A stretch of 64,000 bases of DNA from an uncultured Nitrososphaerales archaeon (GTDB taxonomy: Archaea; Thermoproteota; Nitrososphaeria; Nitrososphaerales; Nitrososphaeraceae). The notes beneath the pieces are model-generated. The model had not been told where the DNA came from. It saw nothing but the letters and a program-made list of their open reading frames with translations, and made no database searches. Numbering within the stretch: the first letter of the stretch is position 1; every line of letters begins with the position of its first letter. Shown one piece after another: positions 20,042 through 30,511 of this stretch. The DNA lies in assembly GCA_963788755.1 (NCBI GenBank), contig CAWBHQ010000023.1, forward strand, positions 1,897 to 65,896, written 5' to 3'. The translations under genes and the position numbers were made by a program.

Positions 20042-21376
20042 AAGTTTACTTCGGCTATTCCTATCGCTTTTGCTAATGAGGTAGGAGAATTATAATAGAC
20101 CTTATCAGCGCCTATTTCATGACTTATTAGTGCGTTGATTTCATCGATGGATGATACCTTTCCTACGTACTTGTTGGCGACAAGATCTCGGTGCTGTGTA
20201 TAAAGGCCAACTTGTCTACCATCAATTGTTGGTGGATAGCTGAACAACGACTATGATCTGCTTTGCACCCGCTTTCTTCAGATAGTGAATTGTTTCCTTG
20301 ACTGTAGCACCAGTCTGAATGGTACCCTGAATTGTTCCAATGCTCTTATCTGCGACCAAATTCTCCACTACAAATTTCAAGGATTTACTTGTTGTTAATA
20401 GTTTGTACTTGCTTACTTCCTCTGAAAAGTCGATCATGTGATCGGAATCGTCATATCGATCTTTTATGACACCCTCCCCCATTTCAAATGTTTTATGATT
20501 TTTCTGATATTCCAAGCTAAAGCCCAAGCCCATAGGTCTCGTATAGTCTGGTTCTGCGAACGCAGATTCGATCTGGAATCTCCCAGAAAGAAACTTCGAT
20601 TGCTCCCTTCCGATATTTTTCCTTATTTCATAAATACTCTTGCCATTTACAATGGATGCCACATTCGATTCCCTGATAAATTCAAAAGGGTCCACTACCA
20701 TATTGGGTGATAGTTGTGTTGTCAATGAAACAGGGCCAGATTTTCTGTCCAATTTTAATAATTCACCTGGGGCGACATCTCTGAATGTGAGGTCTATTAA
20801 CGAGATCCGTAGTGAATTTTCTGACGCAATCACATGCAATGTCTCTTTTTTGTTACTTCCTAAAACAAGAGGTTTGAACCCCGTGCTATTTCGATAAGCA
20901 TAGATATTGCCGTCCACCCGTACAACCATATTTCCTCTTAAATGTCGATCTAAAAAATCGGTAGCCTTCGGCGGATCACAATTTTTAGTCATAAGTATCT
21001 TAAAAATGCAATAGATTTGATACAGTGGATCGCTATCCCTTGCCCCACGTATCAGGGGGTGTAGGTACAGTTTTTCGGTATCGACTAAGAATCCATCCAA
21101 GGCGATTTGACTGTGTTTAAAGCCGCTTGACTCTGGCCGACGCTTAGATAGAAATCCAATCCCGTCATATCCAGTCAGTTTATGCTCGCTCACTATTCTG
21201 AAAATCTTTTCTTCATAAGGCAAAGGGCCATCACCCTCAGCAATATTCATGCCCACCATTATTTTCCAGTATGCCTTGCCTCTATGTTGAAGCATTCTCA
21301 TACAGTGGGCCAGAATGTATACAACATTTTTTGCCCTTCGGGGTTCAGCATCTGAAACTGCGACAATTCCTGCCAA
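20002..21376 (-). CDS. Degenerate amidophosphoribosyltransferase (PurF)-like protein, ~457 aa, 1 frameshift
   Basis: Ntn + PRTase layout (LQHRG, GFKPLVLG, IASEN, PFEF, AGAKQI, SYPP, IGADKVYY) but catalytic motifs are altered; ORFs join on removing G20242. Confidence 0.75.
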
Positions 21377-21531
21377 ATCAAGTTCTCTCCTAAAATGCTA
21401 CATAAAATCTGAGTAGCTATTAAAGGTTAGTGCCAGAACTACAAACAAAAGAGGTCAAAGCATAGTTTGCATGATTTTTCTATGGTGTAAAGTATGCCTA
21501 TATATAATAATATCATAATATCTGGACATAA

Positions 21532-22734
21532 TTGCTAATTGGGATTATTGGAAAATCAAATGTCGGCAAGTCTACGTTCTTTAACGCTGCCACAAGTCAA
21601 GGGGTTCAAACTGCTAACTTTCCTTTTACAACGATAGAACCGAATATTGGCATAGGATACGTTAGGACAAAGTGCGTATGCAGAGAATTCCAAGTTCAGG
21701 ATAATCCATTGCATTCGATGTGTATAGAAGGGAGCAGGTTTATTCCTATCAGGATACTAGATATAGCAGGGCTCGTTCCAGGTGCTCACAATGGTAGAGG
21801 CCTTGGAAACCAATTCCTGGATAGTGCAAGAGAAGCCGATGCTCTGGTGCATGTCGTAGACGTAGCTGGGAGCACTGATTCCGAAGGCCGCGCAGTAAGC
21901 CCTGGAACAGGAAATCCAGTTCAGGATGTAGAATTTGTATTAGAAGAATTTGATATGTGGTTGGTTGCTAATCTGAAAAAGAACTTAGAGAGTGCTTCAA
22001 GAGATTTGAAGGGAACCCCGGATAAGATATCAAAAATTTTATCGAGAAACCTTTCAGGATTGTCGGTAAAAGAAAGTCAGATAATTACTTCGTTAAATGA
22101 AACAGGACTTGGTGATAAGAAGTTATCTTCCTGGTCTCCCTCTGATCAGTTGTTGTTCTGTCAAACATTGAGGAGATTGGCAAAACCGATGGTAGTTGCT
22201 GCTAACAAGGCAGATACCATAACAGCCGACTCGAACTTACTGAGACTTAAGAACCTCGACGGCGAAGTCATCCCCTGCATTTCCGAGGCTGAAGTTATGC
22301 TTAGGCTTGGATCAAAAAATGGAATGCTCCGGTACCTTCCGGGAGACAGTTCATTTGACTTCAACCCTAATGCGCTACTTCGGGAAGACCAGAAGAAAGC
22401 ATTGGTGAAAGTGAGGACAGTTCTAACCAAATATGGTTCAACAGGCGTTCAGCAGATTTTGAATAGGGTATGCTTCGAATTGCTTGGGATGATCGTAGTT
22501 TACCCTGTTGAGGACGAAAACAAACTAACTGACAAGAAGGGAAATGTTCTTCCTGATGCTTATCTATTATCAAAAGATTCTACAGCCAAGGATCTTGCTG
22601 GGAAGGTGCATGAACAATTAGGCAAAGGCTTTCTTTACGGTATCGATGTGAGATCAAAACGGAGAGTAGGAGCAGATTACAGGTTAAGGGATAGAGACGT
22701 GATTAAAATTGTTTCGGCCACTAGTAGAAGATAG
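21532..22734 (+). CDS. ychF: Obg-family ATPase/GTPase YchF (archaeal type, TGS domain)
   Basis: GKSNVGKST, ANFPFTTIEPN, DIAGLVPGA, ANKAD, C-terminal TGS. Confidence 0.93.
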   Translation: MLIGIIGKSNVGKSTFFNAATSQGVQTANFPFTTIEPNIGIGYVRTKCVCREFQVQDNPLHSMCIEGSRFIPIRILDIAGLVPGAHNGRGLGNQFLDSAREADALVHVVDVAGSTDSEGRAVSPGTGNPVQDVEFVLEEFDMWLVANLKKNLESASRDLKGTPDKISKILSRNLSGLSVKESQIITSLNETGLGDKKLSSWSPSDQLLFCQTLRRLAKPMVVAANKADTITADSNLLRLKNLDGEVIPCISEAEVMLRLGSKNGMLRYLPGDSSFDFNPNALLREDQKKALVKVRTVLTKYGSTGVQQILNRVCFELLGMIVVYPVEDENKLTDKKGNVLPDAYLLSKDSTAKDLAGKVHEQLGKGFLYGIDVRSKRRVGADYRLRDRDVIKIVSATSRR

Positions 22735-22750
22735 GAGATAAAGGCGCTCT

Positions 22751-23764
22751 TTGTTAGCTTTGGGAATAGAAGAGTACAGCTCACACATTCGGCTGTGCCG
22801 TTGCAGAAATGAAAGGGAAGAGTGAAGGAACCTTTAAGATTTTATCAGATGTACGGTCGTCTTACAGACCTCCAGAAGGTTCCGGGATACACCCAAGAGA
22901 GGCATCCAGACATCATGCGAATGTGTGCAGCAGAATCTTGAAAGAAGCAGTTGCGCTTCCTTCTCTAGAGATGGAGCAAATAGATATAATAGGTTATTCC
23001 GCAGGTCCCGGTTTAGGACCATGCCTTAGGATAGGAGCTGTTCTCAGCTCGCCTTCTGTCCACATTCTATAGAAAACCTTTGGTGCCTGTCAATCATGCA
23101 TTAGCTCACATTGAATTGGGAACTTGTCTAACAGGTGCTAAAAATCCTTTGGTTGTTCTGGTCTCAGGTGGACACACGATGATTCTCTTATATTTTAACA
23201 AAAGATGGAGGATATTCGGAGAAACCTTAGACATCACCATAGGCCAACTACTTGATCAATTTGGCAGGTCATTAGGTCTCTCATCCCCTTGTGGATCCAT
23301 GATTGAAAGATTAGCAAATAATTCCAGAAAAGAGTATCTCTTGGATACCATACACGATTAAAGGAAATGACGTTTCATTTAGCGGGTTGCTTACAGCAGC
23401 AATAAAACAGGCCAAGGACAGGAGATTCGATATCGGCAATACATGTTACTCTCTACAAGAAACGGCGTTTGCAATTTTGGCTGAAGCCACGGAGAGGGCT
23501 ATTTCATTCACGAATAAAGAGGAAGTAATAGTAGTTGGAGGGGTAGCGGCTAATAGACGTCTAGCAGACATGCTAAATTATGTCTGTGCAAGACACGGTA
23601 CTAAACTGTATATCTGTCCAATCCGTTATGCTGGAGACAATGGTGTCCAAATTGCATTAACAAGCCTAATTGATTACGTGCATTCGAAAATATGTGTCTC
23701 GCCAGAAAATGGTTTTATAGATCAAACTTGGCGTTTAGACTCTGTCGATATAACATGGAGATAA
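22751..23764 (+). CDS. kae1: KEOPS tRNA threonylcarbamoyltransferase Kae1, ~336 aa, 3 frameshifts
   Basis: Repaired reading LALGIESTAHTFG, GIHPREA, GPGLGPCL, VNHALAHIE, VSGGHT, GETLDI, PYTIKGNDVSFSG, GGVAAN, DNGVQIA; extra bases near 22772, 23045 and 23344. Confidence 0.92.
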
Positions 23765-23774
23765 TTAAGACCCA

Positions 23775-24104
23775 TTAACAACGTTTGGCTTCGTTAACTT
23801 GGGTCATTATTTCCTTTGCCCAATCTCCTGTGTTTAAGACACCGAATTTGTAGGACCGATCACCTAATTCGACGACGACCTTCGCTATAATAAAGCCCTC
23901 TGACTTTGATCCTGATATCTTTTCCAGTGGGATATCGAGAAGTACCTCCTCAGTCTTCTTACTCAACGTCGTCATTCTACCTTCTGTCTTTTCAAAAATG
24001 AGTCGTTGGTTTGTTAGTGTCAATATTCCATTTTTCAATTTATCCTCAGCACAATCTTCCTGTTTGATCAGTTTTTCTCCTGGTCTTGGTTCAGCCCCAC
24101 TCAC
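23775..24104 (-). CDS. Small PH/GRAM-like domain protein
   Basis: G.LTLTNQRLIF and IPLEKI motifs, typical of the PH-like/GRAM fold. Confidence 0.7.
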   Translation of the reverse strand: MSGAEPRPGEKLIKQEDCAEDKLKNGILTLTNQRLIFEKTEGRMTTLSKKTEEVLLDIPLEKISGSKSEGFIIAKVVVELGDRSYKFGVLNTGDWAKEIMTQVNEAKRC

Positions 24105-24110
24105 ACTTTT

Positions 24111-24791
24111 ATGATATTGCTCGGATTTATATCATTATTGTCGAACAAACATCCAAGCCTACTCAAGAAAGGATCTGAGGCAGATCTCTTTCTAATTGAT
24201 TGGTATGGTAAGCAAGCATTATCAAAAATAAGAACAAAGAGATCTTATCGACATCCTACACTGGACAAGGAGCTGAGGCATCGAAGGACTATTCGGGAGG
24301 CGGAGATGCTCTCGAAGGCCAAAGGGACAGGGATTAGATCTCCGTACGTATACTTCCTGGATACACACCGGAATGAAATAATTATGGAGTACATCAAAGG
24401 TGCAAATTTGAAATCTGTCTTTTCCTCTAGCCTGGCGTTAAAATTAGGAGAATGCATTGCAAAACTTCATTCCAAGAACATAATCCACGGAGATGTAACT
24501 ACTTCTAATTTTATTCTTGAAAGCCACTCACGGGAAAGTTATCCTGAACTCGCAATAATAGATTTTGGGTTGTCTTTCTTTTCTCATAGGGTGGAAGACA
24601 TGGCGTCAGATGTGCGGATGCTCAAGGAGGTCCTAAATAGCGTTCACTATGAGATTTTTGAACAAGCTTTCTCAAATTTCTCTGACGCATATCTGTCATT
24701 TAGCCCCTTCGAAAAAGGAGGAAAAGTATTGCGAAAGGTTGACGAAATACAGAGTAGAGGAAGATATTCACGCGTCGTGGATTCCTACTAA
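24111..24791 (+). CDS. bud32: KEOPS kinase/ATPase Bud32
   Basis: KGSEA, KRSYRHPTLD, IIHGDVTTSN, IDFGLS, EDMASD, RGRY. Confidence 0.93.
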   Translation: MILLGFISLLSNKHPSLLKKGSEADLFLIDWYGKQALSKIRTKRSYRHPTLDKELRHRRTIREAEMLSKAKGTGIRSPYVYFLDTHRNEIIMEYIKGANLKSVFSSSLALKLGECIAKLHSKNIIHGDVTTSNFILESHSRESYPELAIIDFGLSFFSHRVEDMASDVRMLKEVLNSVHYEIFEQAFSNFSDAYLSFSPFEKGGKVLRKVDEIQSRGRYSRVVDSY

Positions 24792-24871
24792 CGTAGACCC
24801 AACAGATAATCGATGTGTGGTGGTATTGGATTATTAATGACCTCTAATTGATTCTCATATAGTATTTCAAT

Positions 24872-25468
24872 TTGGGTCAGACTAAGATGGAGATAGTCTA
24901 TTTTGCAAGTTCGAATTCAAACAAGTTCGGAGAAATTGAGCCGATACTGAGTCACTACGGAATAATATCCCACTTCGTCAAGTTGTCACTCCAGGAAATC
25001 CAATCCGAATCATTATATCGAATAGCTAAAGCCAAATCCACTAACGCATTTGAATATCTCCAAAAGCCAGTCATCATTGAAGATGATGGATTCTACATAA
25101 GTTCATTGAAAGGTTTCCCAGGACAGTATTCCTCGTTCGTTTTCAAAACCCTAGGCAACCAAGGTTTGTTGAAACTAATGGAAAACAAAAGAGATCGAAA
25201 AGCGTACTTCCTCTCGGTGATAATATATAATGATGGTCATACCTTAAAGATGTTTACTGGCAAGACGCAAGGTATTCTAAGCAGATTGGCTACTGAAGGT
25301 GGTTGGGGCTTTGATCCCATTTTTGTTCCGAAAAGCAGCACAAAGACTTTCGGAGAGTTAAGCCAGTTGAATAGAAAGTCGGCATTCTCTCATCGCCACA
25401 AGTCTATAGAGAAATTTTCAAAATGGTACTTGAAGACTCGTCTTCAATATCTAAATCATCGATATTAG
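24872..25468 (+). CDS. rdgB: RdgB/HAM1 non-canonical purine NTP pyrophosphatase
   Basis: FASSNSNK, EDDG, GFPGQYS, WGFDPIF, SHR. Confidence 0.93.
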   Translation: MGQTKMEIVYFASSNSNKFGEIEPILSHYGIISHFVKLSLQEIQSESLYRIAKAKSTNAFEYLQKPVIIEDDGFYISSLKGFPGQYSSFVFKTLGNQGLLKLMENKRDRKAYFLSVIIYNDGHTLKMFTGKTQGILSRLATEGGWGFDPIFVPKSSTKTFGELSQLNRKSAFSHRHKSIEKFSKWYLKTRLQYLNHRY

Positions 25469-25558
25469 GGAAAGTCAAAGTCTCGCCCGAGATATCGAGT
25501 ATGTATTACTTCACTGCATGGTTTCCAGTAATATCAGAAATGATATAAAAATAAGGGA

Positions 25559-27993
25559 CTAGTTGTCGTCATCGTCATCGTCATCGTCGTTCTCACCCGT
25601 TTCCCCATCTTGAGAATCACCTGATTCGCTTTTCTCAAGATTTTGAGGGATATCATTTATGGTGACGTTCACCTCGTCCGAGGAATTTTGGATTCCATCA
25701 GCGGAGGCGATAAATCTGAAGACCAATTTTGAATCCTTATCTACCGCTGGTGCCTGGAAGCTAATTTGCTTTGCATTCTGCTGTCCTAGAGATACTTTGA
25801 CATCCCCCCCTACCTGCCTCCATTCATGCGATAACTGACTATTATTCGCAGAGGTAGAGTCCCCATTGAGAATAACCTCCATACCTTCGTTTACTATCTG
25901 ATCAACCCCAGCTGTGGCTTTTATAGTAGTGCTATTTTCCTCTCCCCTTGATGGAGAGGTGACAACACCCGTTGTTTGCGTCTGGTTCTCAGACTGAAGG
26001 GCTGTGGCGTTGGATGCACTTGGAGACCCTATAAAATTAGGTTCAGATGAGTCAGGGATATTTACATTTGAAGACGCATCACCAGAATGTAGTTCAGATG
26101 CAGTCTGATTAAGTATATTAGACGTAGTGTTTGCTCTTGATCCTAGGCTCGTATCATCACTAACCAGAACATGAACTGCTCCCTTGCTACTCCTACCACT
26201 TGAGTCTGAAACCGAAATTTCAAAATCAAGAGATGTGTCCTGGGAGACAGAAGGGGCCCTAAACTTCAGAATCGGCTTATTGAGACCCTCTATGTACTCG
26301 AGCTGATGGCTTGTCAGTTGCTTCCATGCATTAGATACGATTGGGCCATTATTGGAATAACTCTGCGTCGCATTGAGCACTATTAGTAAGCCCTCCTCAA
26401 CCTCGGTATTGTTATTTTCAACTTTAATCACAGGAGACAAATCTTGAACTGAACTGTCTACGGTGGAATCATCCCTACTATCATCGAATGTGACGCGAGG
26501 TGAAGGAGTTGGAAGTATTAGAGGAATATCGTCATTTTTTTCACCTGCGGCATTTGTTTGTTCTGAAATTTCATTCGAAGCTCGATCGGCCGGACTGAAT
26601 GACTGATTATTAAAAGGTGCAAGAGGGGTAGCTGAAGAGCCGTTCTCACTAGACGGGATCAGTACAGTTGGCGAAGTTCTATTACCTGGAGTAGAACCTG
26701 AGGTGGTTGCATTAGGTATTATTACGGAATCATTAGCAGGAGAAGAATCAAACAGGGTAGACTCTTGACTTTCAGACTGGAGGAATCACTATGGATGGAG
26801 AGGTTGCATTATCCGAAGTAGAACCTGAGGTGGTTGCATTAGGTATTATTACGGAATCATTAGCAGGAGAAGAATCAAACGAGGGTAGACTCTTGACTTT
26901 CAGCTGGAGGAATCACTATGGATGGAGAGGTTGCATTATCCGAAGTAGAACCTGAGGTGGTTGCATTAGGTATTATTACGGAATCGTTAGCAGGAGAAGA
27001 ATCAAACAGGGTAGACTCTTGACTTTCAGCTGGAGGAATCACTATGGATGGAGAGGTTGCATTATCCGAAGTAGAACCTGAGGTGGTTGCATTAGGTATT
27101 ATTACGGAATCGTTAGCAGGAGAAGAATCAAACAGGGTAGAGTCTTGACTTTCAGCTGCAGGGATTATTACCGGGCCTGAAGTTATATTCCTAACCACTT
27201 GGTCCCTGCTCATAAATTCGGCTTGATCGTCAAGATCAGACAAGGTTGATTCGCTTTCATCAATTTCAGTAGTGTTGGTTGGAAAGATACCCTCTCTTGC
27301 TGCAGGCGAATTCAATACCGTAGTAATAGGAGTGGAAGTCGTTTCATTTTCTGATGATATCGATTCGCTTTCATCAATTTCAGTAGTGTTGGTTGGAAAG
27401 ATACCCTCTCTTGCTGCAGGCGAATTCAATACCGTAGTAATAGGAGTGGAAGTCGTTTCATTTTCTGATGATATCGATTCGCTTTCATCAATTTCAGTAG
27501 TGTTGGTTGGAAAGATACCCTCTCTTGCTGCAGGCGAATTCAATACCGTAGTAATAGGAGTGGAAGTCGTTTCATTTGTTCCGGTGAAGTTCACTGAATT
27601 ATATTTGGTTATTTGATTGCTCTTATCGTCGGAACAAAGTAACTTGGCAGTTAACTTGTTTTCCCCTATGCTTAGGTGCAAATTGGAGCTGAATATCCGT
27701 TCCCAAGCAGAGAAATCTTCTGGTCCGTTCTGTCCCTTTGAAGAAACCTTGACATATGGAGTGATCCCATTCAGAAGAAGTGACACATCACAATTATTAG
27801 TAGAATTATCCGTGGAAACCCCTTCAACCGTGAAATTTTGGATATTTATAGGCACCTCTTGTTCCTTGGTAGGAGATAAGATCTTAACCCCATGGGGATT
27901 GTAAAGCTGTGAATACGAATCACCTGCGCTAGAAAACGCGGCTGAAATGAATAGACTCAAGATTATAAGTGCTACAGTATTGTAGTCTTTCAA
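25559..27993 (-). CDS. Secreted Ser/Thr-rich surface protein with tandem repeats and two C-terminal PKD/Ig-like domains, ~810 aa after repairing 2 insertions
   Basis: Signal peptide, N-terminal Ig-like domain, repeats, PKD-like motifs (VxLNG...WRQVGG...FQAPAV), acidic tail. Removing A26776 and G26881 (both absent from sister repeat copies) gives one open frame of 2433 nt. Confidence 0.85.
26690..27158. repeat. Coding tandem repeat, 126-bp (42-aa) unit, ~3.7 copies
   Basis: AGAAGAATCAAAC recurs at 26741, 26868, 26995 and 27121; encodes AESQESTLFDSSPANDSVIIPNATTSGSTSDNATSPSIVIPP. Confidence 0.95.
27248..27577. repeat. Coding tandem repeat, 114-bp (38-aa) unit, ~2.9 near-identical copies
   Basis: GATTCGCTTTCATCA at 27248, 27362 and 27476; encodes NETTSTPITTVLNSPAAREGIFPTNTTEIDESESISSE. 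Confidence 0.95.
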
Positions 27994-28186
27994 TTAGCGG
28001 ACCTTACTAGCCAATTTAGAGGGGCATATAAAAAATTAGATGTAATCGGATTTTGGCAGAGGACAAAAATAACTTGACCATTTTACGTCTTTAATCTATT
28101 AAACAAGATTCTAGATGATGGCAGTGAGCTATGACAAGCAATCCCGTGAATATGGTACAGATCTTATTAATTTTATTATTTCATCC

Positions 28187-29230
28187 TTAATGCAAGTACG
28201 ACGAGATGAACCTCTCGGTATACCTATTCATATTCTGCAAAACTACTATTCTTGAAATCTCACTCTCGTCCATCACTTTGAAGCCTGGGAGCATTTCGCA
28301 AAGTTCTTCCGAAAAATCCCTAACCTCTTCCATTTCGAGCATATTTTGCCTCTCTAATCGCTGTGTTGACATCCCTACGTGCATGTATGATTTTATCTCG
28401 ATAAAATGGGGATTGGCTATAGGAATTAGTCTAGAAAACTGTACTATTGTTTCATGATCAAAATTATGACTCCTAACAAGTGTAATTCTAATTACAGTTC
28501 TCGTTTCACACCTAGCGAGAAACTGGAAACTAGTTAGCCACCTTTCCCAGGCGTCTGGATGTCTGGGTCTATTTATTCTTTTAAAACTAAGCCTGTTTGT
28601 AGCGTTCGTAGACAAGTACAGCTGGGTAGGAAGAGAGTCTTCTTCTGCAAGTTGTGCTAGCATTTGAGGTTCTTGTCCGTTGGTAACCAAAAATATCGAT
28701 TTAGTCGCCGGTAATTTCCTAAGATATCTGATCAGTGCAGGTAATTTTGGGTACATTGTGGGTTCTCCAGAAAGTGAGATTGCATAATGATGTGGGAATA
28801 GTGCTTCATCAAGCTTATTCTTGTCGTACTTCTTATGGCCATAAAATCCAGTCATAAGTCGTCTCCGTTCTTCTATCAAATTAGCTACAATTGCATCTGG
28901 CTCATCAACTAGGTCTTCCGGCATCATGAGAGTATCGTAGAATTCAGTAGGTCTCCAGCAATACACACAGCGATTTTCGCAGTTAAGTGCTGTTGGAGTC
29001 ATTTCCATGCATCTATGAGTTGAGATCCCGTAGAATTTTCTCTTATAACAGTCTCCCTCGTTAGCAAAAGATTTTTTGGTCCAGTGACACAGTTCTACTG
29101 CTGAGTGGTTGTACACACCATACTTCGCGTTTAGCAATTTAGTCCTCGCATTTGTACCGATCTGGATTAGATTGTCTCCTGAATTGTGAGAATTGTACTC
29201 TCCTGAACAGCTCATGATAAGTGCAATCAA
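28187..29230 (-). CDS. taw1: 4-demethylwyosine synthase Taw1/TYW1 (radical SAM)
   Basis: HSAVELCHW, CYKRKFYGISTHRC, CENRCVYCWR, AISLSGEPT, KSYMHVG; likely start MSCSGE at 29215. Confidence 0.95.
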   Translation of the reverse strand: MIALIMSCSGEYNSHNSGDNLIQIGTNARTKLLNAKYGVYNHSAVELCHWTKKSFANEGDCYKRKFYGISTHRCMEMTPTALNCENRCVYCWRPTEFYDTLMMPEDLVDEPDAIVANLIEERRRLMTGFYGHKKYDKNKLDEALFPHHYAISLSGEPTMYPKLPALIRYLRKLPATKSIFLVTNGQEPQMLAQLAEEDSLPTQLYLSTNATNRLSFKRINRPRHPDAWERWLTSFQFLARCETRTVIRITLVRSHNFDHETIVQFSRLIPIANPHFIEIKSYMHVGMSTQRLERQNMLEMEEVRDFSEELCEMLPGFKVMDESEISRIVVLQNMNRYTERFISSYLH

Positions 29231-29405
29231 GACTCCTCAACAAGATTTAAGTCTTTAAATTGAAGACGAAGATCCTGAGACTCCACTCAAAATCACATTT
29301 CTTACTAAGAATCAAGGTAAGCATGATAGATTGGACACGTTTGTGATTATACTCAATTTGCCTAAAACCGAGGATTAAGGTGGCATTTTACTAAATATTT
29401 ACATT

Positions 29406-29457
29406 ACATGATGCTCTCATCTTCCAAACCTACATGACGAGTTTGGGCTCACTGAGT
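29406..29457 (+). ncRNA. Candidate C/D-box sRNA
   Basis: C-like ATGATGC (29408-14), C'-like ATGACGA (29434-40), D box CTGA (29452-55), degenerate D'; ~50 nt, intergenic. Confidence 0.35.
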
Positions 29458-29543
29458 TAAAGATAAGGAAAAACCTCATGTCGTCATCTGATACCCCGAC
29501 TTAGAAATTATATATAGCACTATAATTGCACATGATATGAAGT

Positions 29544-29648
29544 GGCCTTCGTAGTATAGCCTGGTCAGTATAGGCGGCTGTGGACTAGATGAGGTAATCA
29601 GTTTAAGGCAGAAACCGCTTGAGGAGGGTTCAAATCCCTCCGAAGGCC
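29544..29648 (+). tRNA. tRNA-His(GTG) with encoded G-1 and a 30-nt intron (29584-29613) at position 37/38
   Basis: Acceptor GCCTTCG/CGAAGGC, C73, anticodon stem GGCGG/CCGCT, T arm GAGGG-TTCAAAT-CCCTC; BHB with CTGT/GCAG helix and GGA, AAA bulges. Confidence 0.93.
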
Positions 29649-29707
29649 CTTTGCGTATCAAACCTTCATATTTGAATTTCTCACTTTCAAAATCTTTAAA
29701 ATAACTA

Positions 29708-30091
29708 TTATACACAGAGGTTATCGAATAGACGAGGCTCGATCAATATCCATCCGTAGTGATAATCATCGTGAACATACCGCACTTCCCTTAGATTGGG
29801 CCTAATTCCTTTTCTTTTCAGAGCTAAGAGCAATCCAGATCGAAGAGATAGTCCCCATTTTTGTGCGCGCAAACCGCTACCGGCCTCTCGGGGAAGAAGT
29901 ATTCTTATACTCAAATCGTCCATAGAAACATTTTTTTCGATAAAGTCTGCCAACTGAATCACGGTATTAGTTACGTCGTGTGAGCTGACGACTTGAAATG
30001 TCTTAGATACCTTCAAAGTCCGATAGATGTCAGGGTTTGTTGTCATGGTTACATACATCTCAAATAAGTGAAAGTGAAAACCCACTGCCAT
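29708..30091 (-). CDS. Hypothetical protein
   Basis: Globular-looking ORF (EVRYVHDDYHYGWILI); start may be MTTNPD. Confidence 0.65.
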   Translation of the reverse strand: MAVGFHFHLFEMYVTMTTNPDIYRTLKVSKTFQVVSSHDVTNTVIQLADFIEKNVSMDDLSIRILLPREAGSGLRAQKWGLSLRSGLLLALKRKGIRPNLREVRYVHDDYHYGWILIEPRLFDNLCV

Positions 30092-30278
30092 AGTTCATGC
30101 TGTTCAATTCAGGGCCAAGGTACCACTTTTCTGTTTGGATCGGAATGCAATTAAAAGATTTCAAGAATGAAAAAGGCCATCTCCTCACAAATTGGCTTTG
30201 GTCAAGGTAGAAGTACTCGGTATGACAACCATTGTATCTTTTTTGTCTCGTCATATCATTAGTCTTCTCATCAACCAA
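30060..30278 (-). CDS. Small hypothetical protein
   Basis: 72-aa aromatic-rich ORF directly upstream of the 29708-30091 ORF. Confidence 0.4.
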   Translation of the reverse strand: MVDEKTNDMTRQKRYNGCHTEYFYLDQSQFVRRWPFSFLKSFNCIPIQTEKWYLGPELNSMNYGSGFSLSLI

Positions 30279-30436
30279 AGTCCAAATGCCTTAAGTTTCA
30301 AATCTCAAACAACCTGTCCGACCTATTTTTAGTGCAACCCTATATTACTTTTGAAGCAAATTAGCCAAAGTTGAGTGGCCAAATCTTCAATGACAAAACC
30401 CTGGGTGTTAGAAAAAAAATGGAATTTTCGAGAGTG

Positions 30437-30511
30437 TGCCGGAGGCGGGACTTGAGCCCGCGACCTTTCGATTATGAGTCGAACGCTCTGACCAAGCTGA
30501 GCTACCCCGGC
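30437..30511 (-). tRNA. tRNA-Met(CAT), probably elongator
   Basis: GCCGGGGTAGCTCAGCTTGGTCAGAGCGTTCGACT-CAT-AATCGAAAGGTCGCGGGCTCAAGTCCCGCCTCCGGCA; G1-C72, lacks the initiator GGG/CCC anticodon stem. Confidence 0.9.

Noticed and set aside
26690-27577. Repeat arrays as CRISPR
   Set aside because: Units are 114 and 126 bp, contiguous, in frame, with no unique spacers and no cas genes.
29649-30436. Integrated element between tRNA-His and tRNA-Met
   Set aside because: No integrase, no tRNA 3' duplication, and only two small hypothetical genes.
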